Below, piece after piece: positions 35,909 through 44,786 of a stretch of DNA of 55,920 bases; position 1 is the first letter of the stretch; each line of letters starts with the position of its first letter. The stretch spans positions 1 to 55,920 of the forward strand of contig CADCUR010000001.1 of assembly GCA_902805935.1 (NCBI GenBank), given 5' to 3'. The translations under genes were made by a program, and so were the position numbers. Under the pieces are notes generated by a model that made no database searches, was not told the origin of the DNA, and saw only the letters and a program-made list of their open reading frames with translations. This stretch comes from an uncultured Pyrinomonadaceae bacterium (GTDB taxonomy: Bacteria > Acidobacteriota > Blastocatellia > Pyrinomonadales > Pyrinomonadaceae).

Positions 35909-35915
35909 TTGAAAG

Positions 35916-35980
35916 GATGAAGGCGGAATGATGAATCAGAACATATTGTTTTATTCATCCTTCATTCTTCCGCCTTCATC
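35916..35980. terminator. Long hairpin between convergent fdxA and TonB-receptor genes, arms with heptamer periodicity
   Basis: GATGAAGGCGGAA (35916-35928) pairs with TTCCGCCTTCATC (35968-35980), with further inner pairing. The left arm reads AAGGATG AAGGCGG AATGATG AATCAGA. The right arm reads TTCATCC TTCATTC TTCCGCC TTCATCT. Confidence 0.65.
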
Positions 35981-35983
35981 TTT

Positions 35984-38275
35984 CTAATTCCACCGAATAC
36001 CAACGCGCAAATTGATGGGCGGGCTGACGGTTCTGATGGGCGTTCTTCCGACTGAGTAACGCGAATTAAAAACGTTTTCGATGCCGACGAAAATCTGCCA
36101 ATACTCCTTAAACCTTCTCGCCGCTAAAGCATCAAGCTGAAAGTACGGTTCAAGCCGAAACAAATTCAAATCATCGTCAAACTGCTCGCTCGAAGCGCGA
36201 CCCTGAACGGCGAAACTCCAATCTTTTTTCGCCCAGCGCGTTTGAAAATTAAATTGATGCCGCGCCGTTTGCGGAACGAACAAATCTTCTAAATTTCTAT
36301 TCGCCGGAAATTCTTCGACGCGCGCGTCCGCCAGCAAATATCCGACTGAAAAACCGAATTCCTTTACTCTCGCTTCCGCCTCGATTTCTAAACCGCGCGT
36401 CCGCGTTGCGCCGACGTTTTGCCGTTGCCTGGTGATTAGATTCGGCGAGGCGAACAAGGTGACGTTTGCCACGGGCTGCGAAATTCGCGTCCAAAAAAAG
36501 TTTCCGCGCAGGTAAAAATCGTTTCGATTGTAACTCGTACCTGCTTCGAAATTTGCCGCTCGTTCGGCGCGCAGATTTACGTTGGCAAGCGTGGCGACAT
36601 TGCCGACGCGAAAGCCGCGATAAAGTTCATTTAAGGTCGGCGCGCGAAAACTTTTTGAGGCAAGCGCGAAAACGGAAAAGTTTTTCGTCGCCTGAACGAG
36701 CAGAGAAATTTGCGGACTAAAAGCCGACTCCGTGCGGTCTGGAAAATCAACCACAGTCGTCTGATTCGTGGCGAGTGTTTTTGTAAGGCTCGAAGCCGCG
36801 AAGTTTTTCCAAACGTCAAATCTCGCGCTCGCCGCCAAAACGAAGCGCGAACCGATTCGCGCAAAGTCCTGAACGAAAAAGCCGAAAGTTTTCTCGCGCC
36901 CGCCTGCGCCGGAAAGCGAAGCGACGCGGTTATTAAAAACTCCGATTTCATCGCTCGCGCCGCGCACTTCTCTCGCTTCAAAACCGGCGACGACGGTTTG
37001 ATTTTCAAAAACGACGGCAGAGGCATTGGCGGACAAACCGACGTTTTGCGCCGGAACGCGCTGCACGCGGTTCAAAGTTTCGCTCGTTCGATCGGCGCTG
37101 ACGGCGGAAAAAATCTGGTCGTAAACTTGTGTTCCGCCGTAAACTCGCCAATCGAGCTTTAAATCCGAAATCCGAAATCCGAAATCCGAAATCGGTGAGT
37201 CGCCGCCGAAAACGAATTGTCTGATATTAGTTCTGTTGGTTTGCAAACCCGTTCCGTTCGTGCGGACTTCGCCGAAGCTAGAAATTTTCAAAAACACATT
37301 CGCCGCATCGCCGAAACTTTTTCCGACGCGCGCCGACAGATTCGAGTTTCGCGCCCCGGCGAAAACGTCAACCGCGCCGCGTACACGCTCGTCAACTGTA
37401 ATGTAACCTTTTGTTTGAAAACTCGCCGCGACGAAATCCGCCGTCCAATCGTTTCGTTTAAACCCGAAAAACGTCGAACCGGAGAAAGTATTTTGCGTTC
37501 CGCCGTAAACTTCCGCCGAAAAATTAAAGTTTTCTTTGGCGCGGCGCGGCAAAATATTCACCGTTCCGCTCAGCGAATTATTGCCGTAGAGACTTGCCGC
37601 GCCGCCGCGCAAAACTTCGACGCGCTCGACGGAAATCGGCGCGACGCGACTCCACTGCACCCAGCCGCCGAAACTGTCGTTGAGCGGAACGCCGTCAAAT
37701 AAAACAAGGCTGCGGCTCGCGCCGCTCGCGCCGACTCCGCGCAAGGATACACCTTGCGCCGTCGGATTGGCGCTGCGGCTTCCGGCGCGGCGAAAAAGCG
37801 AAAAGCTGGCGACTTGCCGCAGCGCGTCGTCAATGGTCGGCGCGGCTGACGCGTTGATTTCGGCGGCGGATAATGTGACGATGCTCGCCGGTGTTTCGCC
37901 GAGACGAGTTTCGGTGCGGTTAGCGGTTACCTGAACCGTTTCGCGCAAGGACTCGGGCGCGAGTGTGAAAACCGTTTGTGCAGAGAAATCTCGCGCTTTG
38001 GCGAACGTCTGGCGTAAAATAGAAAAATCGCGCGCTTCTACAATAAGCGTAAAACCTTCATCGAAATTCGCTTCACAGGCAAAACGTCCTTCCTCGTCAG
38101 TCTCGCAAAGCGAAACAGCGCCGGAATCCGAAACAATTTTTACCCGCGCTTTTTCAATCGGCAAATTGTCCGCATCAACTACTCGTCCGCGCAGAAATTT
38201 CCCAACTGTTTCCTCCTGCGAAAACATTTGAGAAAAACATAGAAAAATTAAAATTAACAAAAACGGAATTTTCAT
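35984..38275 (-). CDS. TonB-dependent receptor with N-terminal carboxypeptidase-regulatory-like domain
   Basis: It has a signal peptide (MKIPFLLILIFLCFSQMFSQ), a CarboxypepD_reg-like segment (GRVVDADNLPIEKARV), a plug (DDALRQVASFSLFRR..., VEVLRGGAASLYG) and a barrel ending in LRVGIRWN. An alternative upstream ATG exists at 38302. Confidence 0.85.
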   Translation of the reverse strand: MKIPFLLILIFLCFSQMFSQEETVGKFLRGRVVDADNLPIEKARVKIVSDSGAVSLCETDEEGRFACEANFDEGFTLIVEARDFSILRQTFAKARDFSAQTVFTLAPESLRETVQVTANRTETRLGETPASIVTLSAAEINASAAPTIDDALRQVASFSLFRRAGSRSANPTAQGVSLRGVGASGASRSLVLFDGVPLNDSFGGWVQWSRVAPISVERVEVLRGGAASLYGNNSLSGTVNILPRRAKENFNFSAEVYGGTQNTFSGSTFFGFKRNDWTADFVAASFQTKGYITVDERVRGAVDVFAGARNSNLSARVGKSFGDAANVFLKISSFGEVRTNGTGLQTNRTNIRQFVFGGDSPISDFGFRISDLKLDWRVYGGTQVYDQIFSAVSADRTSETLNRVQRVPAQNVGLSANASAVVFENQTVVAGFEAREVRGASDEIGVFNNRVASLSGAGGREKTFGFFVQDFARIGSRFVLAASARFDVWKNFAASSLTKTLATNQTTVVDFPDRTESAFSPQISLLVQATKNFSVFALASKSFRAPTLNELYRGFRVGNVATLANVNLRAERAANFEAGTSYNRNDFYLRGNFFWTRISQPVANVTLFASPNLITRQRQNVGATRTRGLEIEAEARVKEFGFSVGYLLADARVEEFPANRNLEDLFVPQTARHQFNFQTRWAKKDWSFAVQGRASSEQFDDDLNLFRLEPYFQLDALAARRFKEYWQIFVGIENVFNSRYSVGRTPIRTVSPPINLRVGIRWN
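37161..37195. repeat. Perfect heptanucleotide tandem repeat (AAATCCG x4 plus AAATCGG) inside the TonB-receptor CDS
   Basis: Read directly at 37161-37188, which holds four exact copies, with a degenerate fifth at 37189-37195. On the coding strand it encodes ISDFGFRISDL. Confidence 0.85.
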
Positions 38276-38651
38276 TGAGTTTAGGATTATCCATTCGTGC
38301 ATACTTAAAAATTAAAACTACATTATAAATTTTCGCCGCGCATTGCCCTCAGAGCAAAATCCCGAACAAAAAATTATGTTGGACAGGTTCGAAAAACTTC
38401 AAAATCGGCGAGCGAGCTTTTCAACGCTTCCGCAAACGCGCCGCGCCGAAAAATTCAAGTCCTTATTCGGCAACGCGTGCCGAAGCCGTCAAACTCGCGC
38501 TCGTTATTTACGAGTTGAAAAAACGAATTTAATTCGGCGCAGATTACCGACGGAACTTTGAACGTCAACGAGTCGGTTCAGTTGCCGAAAAGTTTTTGAA
38601 AATCATTTCCCGCATTAATTTTCCGCCACGCTTTTCAGATACAATCCGGCT

Positions 38652-39089
38652 ATGGAAGATTTTATTTTTCTCGTTCATCTTGCCGCGACGCTTTATTTGG
38701 TCGGCGTGATTTGGATTGTGCAGATTCTGCATTATCCGCTGCTCGAAAATGTCGGAGAGAGCGGCTACGCGAAATACCACAACCGCCACACGTCGCGCAT
38801 CACGCCGGTCGTTGCGCCCGCGATGATTACAGAATTGCTGACGGCTGTTTATTTCGTTTTTGTTTCGCTTGAGAGGATAAACGCCGGTTACTTTTGGTTT
38901 GGTTTGGCGTTGGTTTTGATAATTTGGATTTCCACTTTTCTCGTGCAAGTGCCGCTGCACGAAAAGCTCGGCGCGAGTTTTGATGCCGGTGTTCAGCGGC
39001 GATTGGTGCGAACGAATTGGATTCGCACGGCGGCGTGGACGCTGCGCGGAGCGTTAATTTTATGGATAGTTTGGCTGAAGATAAAATGA
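38652..39089 (+). CDS. Small integral membrane protein (4 predicted TM helices)
   Basis: 145 aa and strongly hydrophobic. It may be DUF1772-like, but this is not verified. Confidence 0.5.
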   Translation: MEDFIFLVHLAATLYLVGVIWIVQILHYPLLENVGESGYAKYHNRHTSRITPVVAPAMITELLTAVYFVFVSLERINAGYFWFGLALVLIIWISTFLVQVPLHEKLGASFDAGVQRRLVRTNWIRTAAWTLRGALILWIVWLKIK

Positions 39090-39229
39090 ATGAAAAGACT
39101 TTTAACAAACGAGAATTGCGAAACGAGAGAGAATGGCTGCCTTTGGATAATTTCATTGAGGCGCATTACACTATTGTTCAGGAAAGAAAATTCTACAAAA
39201 AACCCGTTCGTTTACTGAGGAAAAAATAA
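39086..39229 (+). CDS. Candidate small basic protein (47 aa)
   Basis: Its ATG overlaps the upstream stop (ATGA). The sequence is MNEKTFNKRELRNEREWLPLDNFIEAHYTIVQERKFYKKPVRLLRKK. Its stop lies 1 nt before the next ATG. Confidence 0.3.
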   Translation: MNEKTFNKRELRNEREWLPLDNFIEAHYTIVQERKFYKKPVRLLRKK

Positions 39230-39230
39230 A

Positions 39231-39440
39231 ATGATTGAACCGATTGACCCGAAATCTACCGAAAAGCCGCCGGTGCGGTGCGCCGAGTGCGACCGCATGG
39301 TGGAACATTACAATGTATTTCTCGCTCCGACGAACGAAGAAAAAGTTGTTTGTTGGGAATGTATGCAGCGCGGCGATAAAGGCTTTTTCACCAAACGAGG
39401 TTTTCGGCGCGGCGCGCGCAGCGGATTTATTCCGCGATAA
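39231..39440 (+). CDS. Small zinc-ribbon-like protein (69 aa)
   Basis: It carries CAEC ... CWEC cysteine pairs (CxxC-x24-CxxC) and a basic C-terminus. It appears translationally coupled to the preceding ORFs. Confidence 0.4.
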   Translation: MIEPIDPKSTEKPPVRCAECDRMVEHYNVFLAPTNEEKVVCWECMQRGDKGFFTKRGFRRGARSGFIPR

Positions 39441-39451
39441 AAAAGAATTCA

Positions 39452-39526
39452 GCCACGAACAAACACGAAAAAGCACGAAAGAAATTTTATAAAAATTTTC
39501 GTGTTCTGCGCGTGTTTGTTCGTGGC
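39452..39526. repeat. 16-bp perfect hairpin (plus inner pairing) immediately upstream of def
   Basis: GCCACGAACAAACACG (39452-39467) pairs with CGTGTTTGTTCGTGGC (39511-39526). The arm reads as 7-nt units (CCACGAA CAAACAC GAAAAAG CACGAAA). No U-tract follows. Confidence 0.7.
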
Positions 39527-39536
39527 GAAGAAATTT

Positions 39537-40028
39537 ATGCCTATTAGAAAAATCACTGAATACCCGGAAAAAGTTTTGGCGGAAATCGGCAAACCCGTCA
39601 CGGTTTTCGATGAAGAATTGGAAAACTTGTGCGCCGATATGTTCGAGACGATGTATGAGGCGGAAGGCGTCGGCTTGGCGGCGCAACAAATCGGGCTGCC
39701 GATGCAGCTTTTCGTGATGGACTGCGAAGGCGTCAAACTCGTCGCCGCCAACCCCGAAATAATTGCGACGACGGGCGAACAGTCAAATTCAGAAGGCTGT
39801 CTGTCAATCGGCAAAGTTCCGGCAATCGTCGTCCGCGCCGAACGAGCGACTTTGCGGGCGCAAGACGCCAAAGGCGAATGGTTCGAGCATACCGCCGAAG
39901 GCTACGCGGCGCGCTGTTTTCAGCACGAAACCGACCATTGCAACGGGAAACTTTTTATTGACCGTTTGCCGAAAATGCGGCGCGATATGGTAGTTAAAAG
40001 ATTTCGGAAAGAGAAGAATTGGAAATAA
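39537..40028 (+). CDS. def: Peptide deformylase
   Basis: All three motifs are present: GVGLAAQQIG, EGCLSIG and HETDH. The ATG at 39537 gives MPIRKITEYPEKVL. Confidence 0.95.
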   Translation: MPIRKITEYPEKVLAEIGKPVTVFDEELENLCADMFETMYEAEGVGLAAQQIGLPMQLFVMDCEGVKLVAANPEIIATTGEQSNSEGCLSIGKVPAIVVRAERATLRAQDAKGEWFEHTAEGYAARCFQHETDHCNGKLFIDRLPKMRRDMVVKRFRKEKNWK

Positions 40029-40087
40029 AGAATATAAGTTCGATCAGCGGCGCGAAGACGGAAATGATTTGCAAATAAACTCAAACT

Positions 40088-41335
40088 TTACGCGCTTTCT
40101 AACGACGGTATTTTCGTTTTTGTTTGAACGGTCAAAAGCAGAACGGCGGCGCAAATCGAAACAAACGCGCTAATTAAAAACGCCGCGCTCGCACCGAAAT
40201 AACTATACACTGCGCCGAAGACGATCGAAGCGGGAAGAACCGTGATTGAAAAAGCGAGATTGTAAAATCCGTAAGCCGTGCCGCGTTTCTCCTTCGGAAC
40301 CAAATCGGCGACGAGCGCTTTTTCCGCGCCTTCGGTCAAGCCGAAATAAACGCCGTAAATTATAAACAACACCCACGCCTGCCACGCCGAACCGACGAAC
40401 GCGAAACCCGCGTAAACGAGCGCGTACAAAATCCAACCGGCGAAAATCAAAGTTTTGCGCCCGACTCGGTCTGACAAATCGCCGAAAATCAAAGAACTGA
40501 AAACTTTACTCAAGTGCAGCGCCATCCACAAAAGCGGCAGCACGGCGGGCGCGATTCCGGCTTGTTCGGCGCGGAACAGTAAGAAGGCGTCGGTCGAATT
40601 TGAAAGTGTGAAAAGCGCGACGACCAAAAGAAATCGTTTGAAATTGCCGTCGAATTCCTTGAGAGAAAGTTTTATCGGCGATGAGGACGCTTCTTTCGCC
40701 GATTTTTCGCTTTTGTTTTCTTTTACGAAAAAAACGATAACGAATAAACCGATGACGACCGGAACCGAAGCGAACAGAAAAACCTGTTGATATTCGCTAG
40801 CCGTCGGGCTGCTCGCGTCGGCGGCGAAATAGGAAAGCAGCAGAAACGCGATGACCGGACCGATGACTGCGCCGAGATGATCGGCGGCGCGGTTGAAGCC
40901 AAAAGCCAAACCGCGTTTTTCTTCCGGCACGCTGCCTGCGATAATCGCGTCGCGCGGCGCGCCGCGAATGCCTTTGCCCGCGCGGTCGGCGACGCGGACG
41001 AACAAGACTTGCTGCCAACTGCCGACGAACGCCAGCAGCGGGCGCGTGATGCTCGCTAAAGAATAGCCGAGAAAAACGGGCAGTTTGCGGCTGTCGAATT
41101 TATCGCTTAAATAACCGGAAAAAAGTTTGAGAAACGCGGCGACCGATTCGGCGAAGCCTTCGATAATGCCGATAATCATCGGCGACGCTCCTAAAGTTAA
41201 AGCGAGAAAAGCGGGCAGCAGCGGATAGATTATATCGCTCGAAGTATCGTTGAGCAGGCTGACGAGGCTGAGGGCGAAAACATTGCCCGAAAGATTTTTG
41301 TAGCGGGCGAAAAATCGTTTGATTCGGCTCCACAT
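40088..41335 (-). CDS. MFS transporter
   Basis: It has about 12 transmembrane helices and MFS-like loop motifs (GYLSDKFDSRK, DRVGRK). The ATG at 41335 is preferred over the longer track start. Confidence 0.8.
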   Translation of the reverse strand: MWSRIKRFFARYKNLSGNVFALSLVSLLNDTSSDIIYPLLPAFLALTLGASPMIIGIIEGFAESVAAFLKLFSGYLSDKFDSRKLPVFLGYSLASITRPLLAFVGSWQQVLFVRVADRAGKGIRGAPRDAIIAGSVPEEKRGLAFGFNRAADHLGAVIGPVIAFLLLSYFAADASSPTASEYQQVFLFASVPVVIGLFVIVFFVKENKSEKSAKEASSSPIKLSLKEFDGNFKRFLLVVALFTLSNSTDAFLLFRAEQAGIAPAVLPLLWMALHLSKVFSSLIFGDLSDRVGRKTLIFAGWILYALVYAGFAFVGSAWQAWVLFIIYGVYFGLTEGAEKALVADLVPKEKRGTAYGFYNLAFSITVLPASIVFGAVYSYFGASAAFLISAFVSICAAVLLLTVQTKTKIPSLESA

Positions 41336-41345
41336 TCGGTAAGGA

Positions 41346-41561
41346 TTAACGAGATTTTTTGATCGTCGCCGGTTGTTTGTCCGAACCGCTGCTGCTCGCG
41401 CCGAACCACCACAAGGACACGCCGCCGACCACTGCAATTAAAAGAATCAGCGCGACGATCGCCGCGCGAACCGCCATTTTTAACGCGCGTTTCAGCACGA
41501 AAAACGTCACCGCCGCGACTGCAACCAAAAACACAACCAGAACTACCGCTGCTATTTCCAT
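41346..41561 (-). CDS. Small two-TM membrane protein (71 aa)
   Basis: The internal ATG (MEIAAVVLVVFLVAVAAV...) lies 5 nt after the yacG stop. It has two hydrophobic helices and a polar tail. Confidence 0.4.
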   Translation of the reverse strand: MEIAAVVLVVFLVAVAAVTFFVLKRALKMAVRAAIVALILLIAVVGGVSLWWFGASSSGSDKQPATIKKSR

Positions 41562-41566
41562 AATCT

Positions 41567-41776
41567 TTATTTCGACTTTTCTTTTTCGTTCAGGGCTTTT
41601 TCGATTTGGTCTAAATCTTCCTCGCTCAAAGCGGTCTCCTGCGTCGGCAGGCGAAATTCTTCGTCCGCCCACGCGCCGAAGTCTAACAGCTTGCAGCGTT
41701 CGGAACAAAACGGGCGAAACTCGTTACCGGTGAATTCGGTTTCGCGGTGGCAGCTTGGACATCTCACTATTGGCAT
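41567..41776 (-). CDS. yacG: DNA gyrase inhibitor YacG (zinc finger)
   Basis: The pattern CPSC...FRPFCSERCKLLDFGAWA matches the YacG zinc-ribbon signature. The protein is 69 aa. Confidence 0.8.
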   Translation of the reverse strand: MPIVRCPSCHRETEFTGNEFRPFCSERCKLLDFGAWADEEFRLPTQETALSEEDLDQIEKALNEKEKSK

Positions 41777-41806
41777 AACTCAAAAAACAGATTTATTTTA
41801 ACACAA

Positions 41807-42166
41807 TTATTCACCGCCGAAAGTCGGCGGCGCGGGCGGTGAGTCAAATGATTCCTTATCTGGAATTAGCGAAACGCGCCCCAATATCAGCCAGATTCCG
41901 AGGATGCTCGCCGCCCAACCAAAGATGCTGACGATGATTGTCGCTCCAAAAGGCAAATCGTCAACATCTCTTATCGGTTTTCCCGAAATCGCCATTACAG
42001 CAGCGATGATAAAAAATATAATCCCCGGCAAAATAATTTGCAGCCCGATTCCGACTACGACGGTCAGCAAAGACCAGTTGATAGCATTGCGTCCTGTGTC
42101 CCGCGCCGATTTATAAACGAAATAAGCAGCGATGAAAACCGCGATTAAACCTAAAATAGAGAGCAT
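41807..42166 (-). CDS. Small membrane protein (3 to 4 TM), hypothetical
   Basis: 119 aa and hydrophobic, with no recognised motif. Confidence 0.5.
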   Translation of the reverse strand: MLSILGLIAVFIAAYFVYKSARDTGRNAINWSLLTVVVGIGLQIILPGIIFFIIAAVMAISGKPIRDVDDLPFGATIIVSIFGWAASILGIWLILGRVSLIPDKESFDSPPAPPTFGGE

Positions 42167-42186
42167 TGCGTTAAAATCTCCTGTGT

Positions 42187-42660
42187 TTAATTTTGATCGG
42201 TATCGAATTTTGGCTTCGCGCCGTTCGTCTTTTTATACGTCCCGCTGGCGTTGACATTGAAACCAAAACCGCATTCGCTGTCCACGCCCGTTTGCGAAAC
42301 TTCAATCGCGCCGCGGCGGACGAATTTAATAGTAATTACACACTTTCCGTTTTCGTCGGGAGAAAAAATCGCCGTGTCGCCCGCAATCGCCGCCGTGCCG
42401 TCGGCGGTTCCGACGTTCGCCGACATCTCGCCCGCGCCGGTAATATACGGATAAATTAATTCCAAAGCGACGCGCAGTTTTCCGCCTCCGAGAGCCAGGA
42501 TTTTGATTTCGTTATAGCTGCCTTTGAATTTACCGCCGAAATACGAACGAAAAGTTCCGTTGACTTCCGCTGCGCCGACGGATTTCCTCGTCTGCGCGTT
42601 TGCCGCGCCGACCGCCGAAAATAGAAGAATAAAACCGGCTAAAATTAACAATTTTTTCAT
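42187..42660 (-). CDS. Secreted hypothetical protein
   Basis: 157 aa with the signal peptide MKKLLILAGFILLFSAVGAANAQ. No recognised motif. Confidence 0.55.
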   Translation of the reverse strand: MKKLLILAGFILLFSAVGAANAQTRKSVGAAEVNGTFRSYFGGKFKGSYNEIKILALGGGKLRVALELIYPYITGAGEMSANVGTADGTAAIAGDTAIFSPDENGKCVITIKFVRRGAIEVSQTGVDSECGFGFNVNASGTYKKTNGAKPKFDTDQN

Positions 42661-42767
42661 TTATGCGCGCCTCTCTCGAAAATTAACATTTATTTTACTC
42701 GAATAATCTGGTATATTTTTGCCCAACTCTTTCCGAAATTCAAAGTAATAAAAAGGTAATAAATTTT

Positions 42768-44477
42768 ATGAGTGCAAACGCAGGAACTTTTGGCAATGTC
42801 GGCGCGGCAGAGAACGCCGGGACGCTTGTCGGTGAAAATAAACATCCGAAAGGTCTTTATGTTCTGTTCGGGACGGAATTGTGGGAGCGTTTTAGTTTTT
42901 ATTCAATGCTCGCGCTCTTTACGCTTTATTTGCGCGACCCGGTGGAAGGTTTCGGCTGGACGGCGGCGCAAGCAACGACGCTCTACGCCAATTATTTGAT
43001 GTTCGTTTACGCCAGCCCGCTCATCGGCGGTTTGATTGCCGACCGTATTACGGGCTACCGCAAAGCGGTGATGATCGGCGGATTTTTCTTTATGGCGGGT
43101 CACGGGCTGCTCTCAATTCCCGCGCTGTGGGCGGTTTACGCCGCCCTGACTTGTCTGGTCATCGGCAACGGATTTTTCAAACCGAACGTCTCGACGATGG
43201 TCGGCAATCTTTACCCGGAAGGCAGCCATTTAAAAGACCGCGCCTATAATATTTTTTACATGGGCATCAATATCGGAGCATTTCTCGCGCCGATTGTGAT
43301 GGAAATCGTTAAATCTTATGCGGGCTTTCACGCCGCGTTTGCCGTCGCCGCTTTTGGGATGTTGATTTCGGTTGGGATTCTTTGGTATTTCAAAAATCAT
43401 GTCGAACAGCCTGACGAATTAGCTAATAGAAAATTAAATCGGGAAACGGAAAAAGCGAACACTGCCGCGACTGCGGTTGACGCTCCGCCGACCGGCATCA
43501 GCGACCAGGAACGCGATGAAAATCCGCCGCGTTCGGCAGACCAATCTCGTCAGGATTTAATGAACACCGTGCCGAATTGGAAACGCATTATGGCGTTGAT
43601 TGTTATCTTCGCCATTGTTATTGTCTTCTGGATGGTTTTTCACCAGAACGGTTCGACGCTGACTTATTGGGCGGACGACAACACGGCTTGGAACGTTTCC
43701 GGCACGATTTCAAATTCAATCAACGCCTTTTGGGTGGTCACGCTGACGTTTCCGCTGATTTGGTTTTGGAGTTATCTGGACAAACGCGGCAAAGAACCAG
43801 CGACGCCGACGAAAATGGCAATCGGGATGACGCTTACTGGACTCTCGTTTTTGGTTTTGTGGTATGCGGCGACCATCGGCGAAAATCAAACTCCGACCGC
43901 GCAGCAACTCGCCACCGGCGAATTTCGCATTAACGAGCGGGTCGTCACCAATCTCGGCGCACAAGGCGTGCCGAAAGACGTTCTGGATAAAATCGTCGCT
44001 GCCAAAGACGCGGACGGCAAAAATCTGATTTACGGCGTGAAATTTTCTCCGAAAGCGGACGCGGCGACCGGGCAAATGGTTTCCGGCGAGCAGCAATTAA
44101 TGACCGCGCTCAACACAGTCGCGCCCGGACAAGCCGCGCAATACCGCGACGCATTTTTGCAGCGCGCGCATCTTTTTCGCGTCTCGGCGTTCTGGCTAAT
44201 TTTCGCTTACGCGGTGGTTACATTGGGCGAACTAATGTTATCGCCGATGGGTTTATCCTTAGTCTCGAAAGTCGCGCCGATTCATCTGCGCGGATTATTG
44301 ATGGGCGGCTGGTTTGTCGCAACGGCAATCGGCAACAAGTTGACGCAAATCGGAATTTTCTGGGACATCTGGCTGCAATCAACATTTTTCCTCGTGCTGG
44401 CTGGAATGGCTTTGGTGATGGCGGTGGTCTTGTTCTTCTTGCTGAAGCCTTTGAAAAGAGCAATGCCAGGCGTTTAG
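42768..44477 (+). CDS. Proton-dependent oligopeptide transporter (POT/PTR2 family)
   Basis: PTR2 signatures are present: GTELWERFSFYSM (ExxERFxYY-like) and GNGFFKPNVSTMVG. The protein is 569 aa with two long hydrophilic inserts. Confidence 0.88.
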   Translation: MSANAGTFGNVGAAENAGTLVGENKHPKGLYVLFGTELWERFSFYSMLALFTLYLRDPVEGFGWTAAQATTLYANYLMFVYASPLIGGLIADRITGYRKAVMIGGFFFMAGHGLLSIPALWAVYAALTCLVIGNGFFKPNVSTMVGNLYPEGSHLKDRAYNIFYMGINIGAFLAPIVMEIVKSYAGFHAAFAVAAFGMLISVGILWYFKNHVEQPDELANRKLNRETEKANTAATAVDAPPTGISDQERDENPPRSADQSRQDLMNTVPNWKRIMALIVIFAIVIVFWMVFHQNGSTLTYWADDNTAWNVSGTISNSINAFWVVTLTFPLIWFWSYLDKRGKEPATPTKMAIGMTLTGLSFLVLWYAATIGENQTPTAQQLATGEFRINERVVTNLGAQGVPKDVLDKIVAAKDADGKNLIYGVKFSPKADAATGQMVSGEQQLMTALNTVAPGQAAQYRDAFLQRAHLFRVSAFWLIFAYAVVTLGELMLSPMGLSLVSKVAPIHLRGLLMGGWFVATAIGNKLTQIGIFWDIWLQSTFFLVLAGMALVMAVVLFFLLKPLKRAMPGV

Positions 44478-44506
44478 ATTTTCACCGTAGCGATTGAAAA
44501 AAATGT

Positions 44507-44549
44507 GCGGTTTGAGGTTGTTCGCAGCTTCAAGCCGCGCGTTTTTTTT
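44507..44549 (+). terminator. Intrinsic terminator after the POT transporter gene
   Basis: GCGGTTTGAGG (44507-44517) pairs with CTTCAAGCCGC (44528-44538), giving 11 bp including two G-U pairs. A T8 tract follows at 44542-44549. Confidence 0.8.
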
Positions 44550-44786
44550 CTGAAGAAAATAAATTGCTTTCGCCGGACGCGCCGAAAAAGTATAATGTAG
44601 CGGGCGCTCGCCTCAACGAATATATTGATCGGTTCCATCAAATCTATTAAACTTTGTTCGCTTCGAGAATGGAAATCAATCGAGAATACTGATTTGTTTA
44701 TTGAGACGGACGCATCGCCGAATCGCATCAACGCTTTGCGATTGAAAACCTTATCAACCCCAATTTTCAAAAACAGGTAAAACATT

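Noticed and set aside
37161-37195. Short tandem repeats here and at 18898-18939 and 7776-7870, considered as possible CRISPR-like arrays
   Set aside because: The units are 7 nt, contiguous and without spacers. Two of the tracts lie inside coding regions. No cas genes are present in the window.
38303-38651. Fur box or cobalamin riboswitch in the 350-bp region upstream of the second TonB receptor gene, and the 72-codon ORF at 38343-38561
   Set aside because: There is no 19-bp GATAATGATAATCATTATC-like palindrome and no B12-box (GCCACTG) on the relevant strand. The ORF is Arg-rich with no ribosome-binding site, so it was left unannotated.
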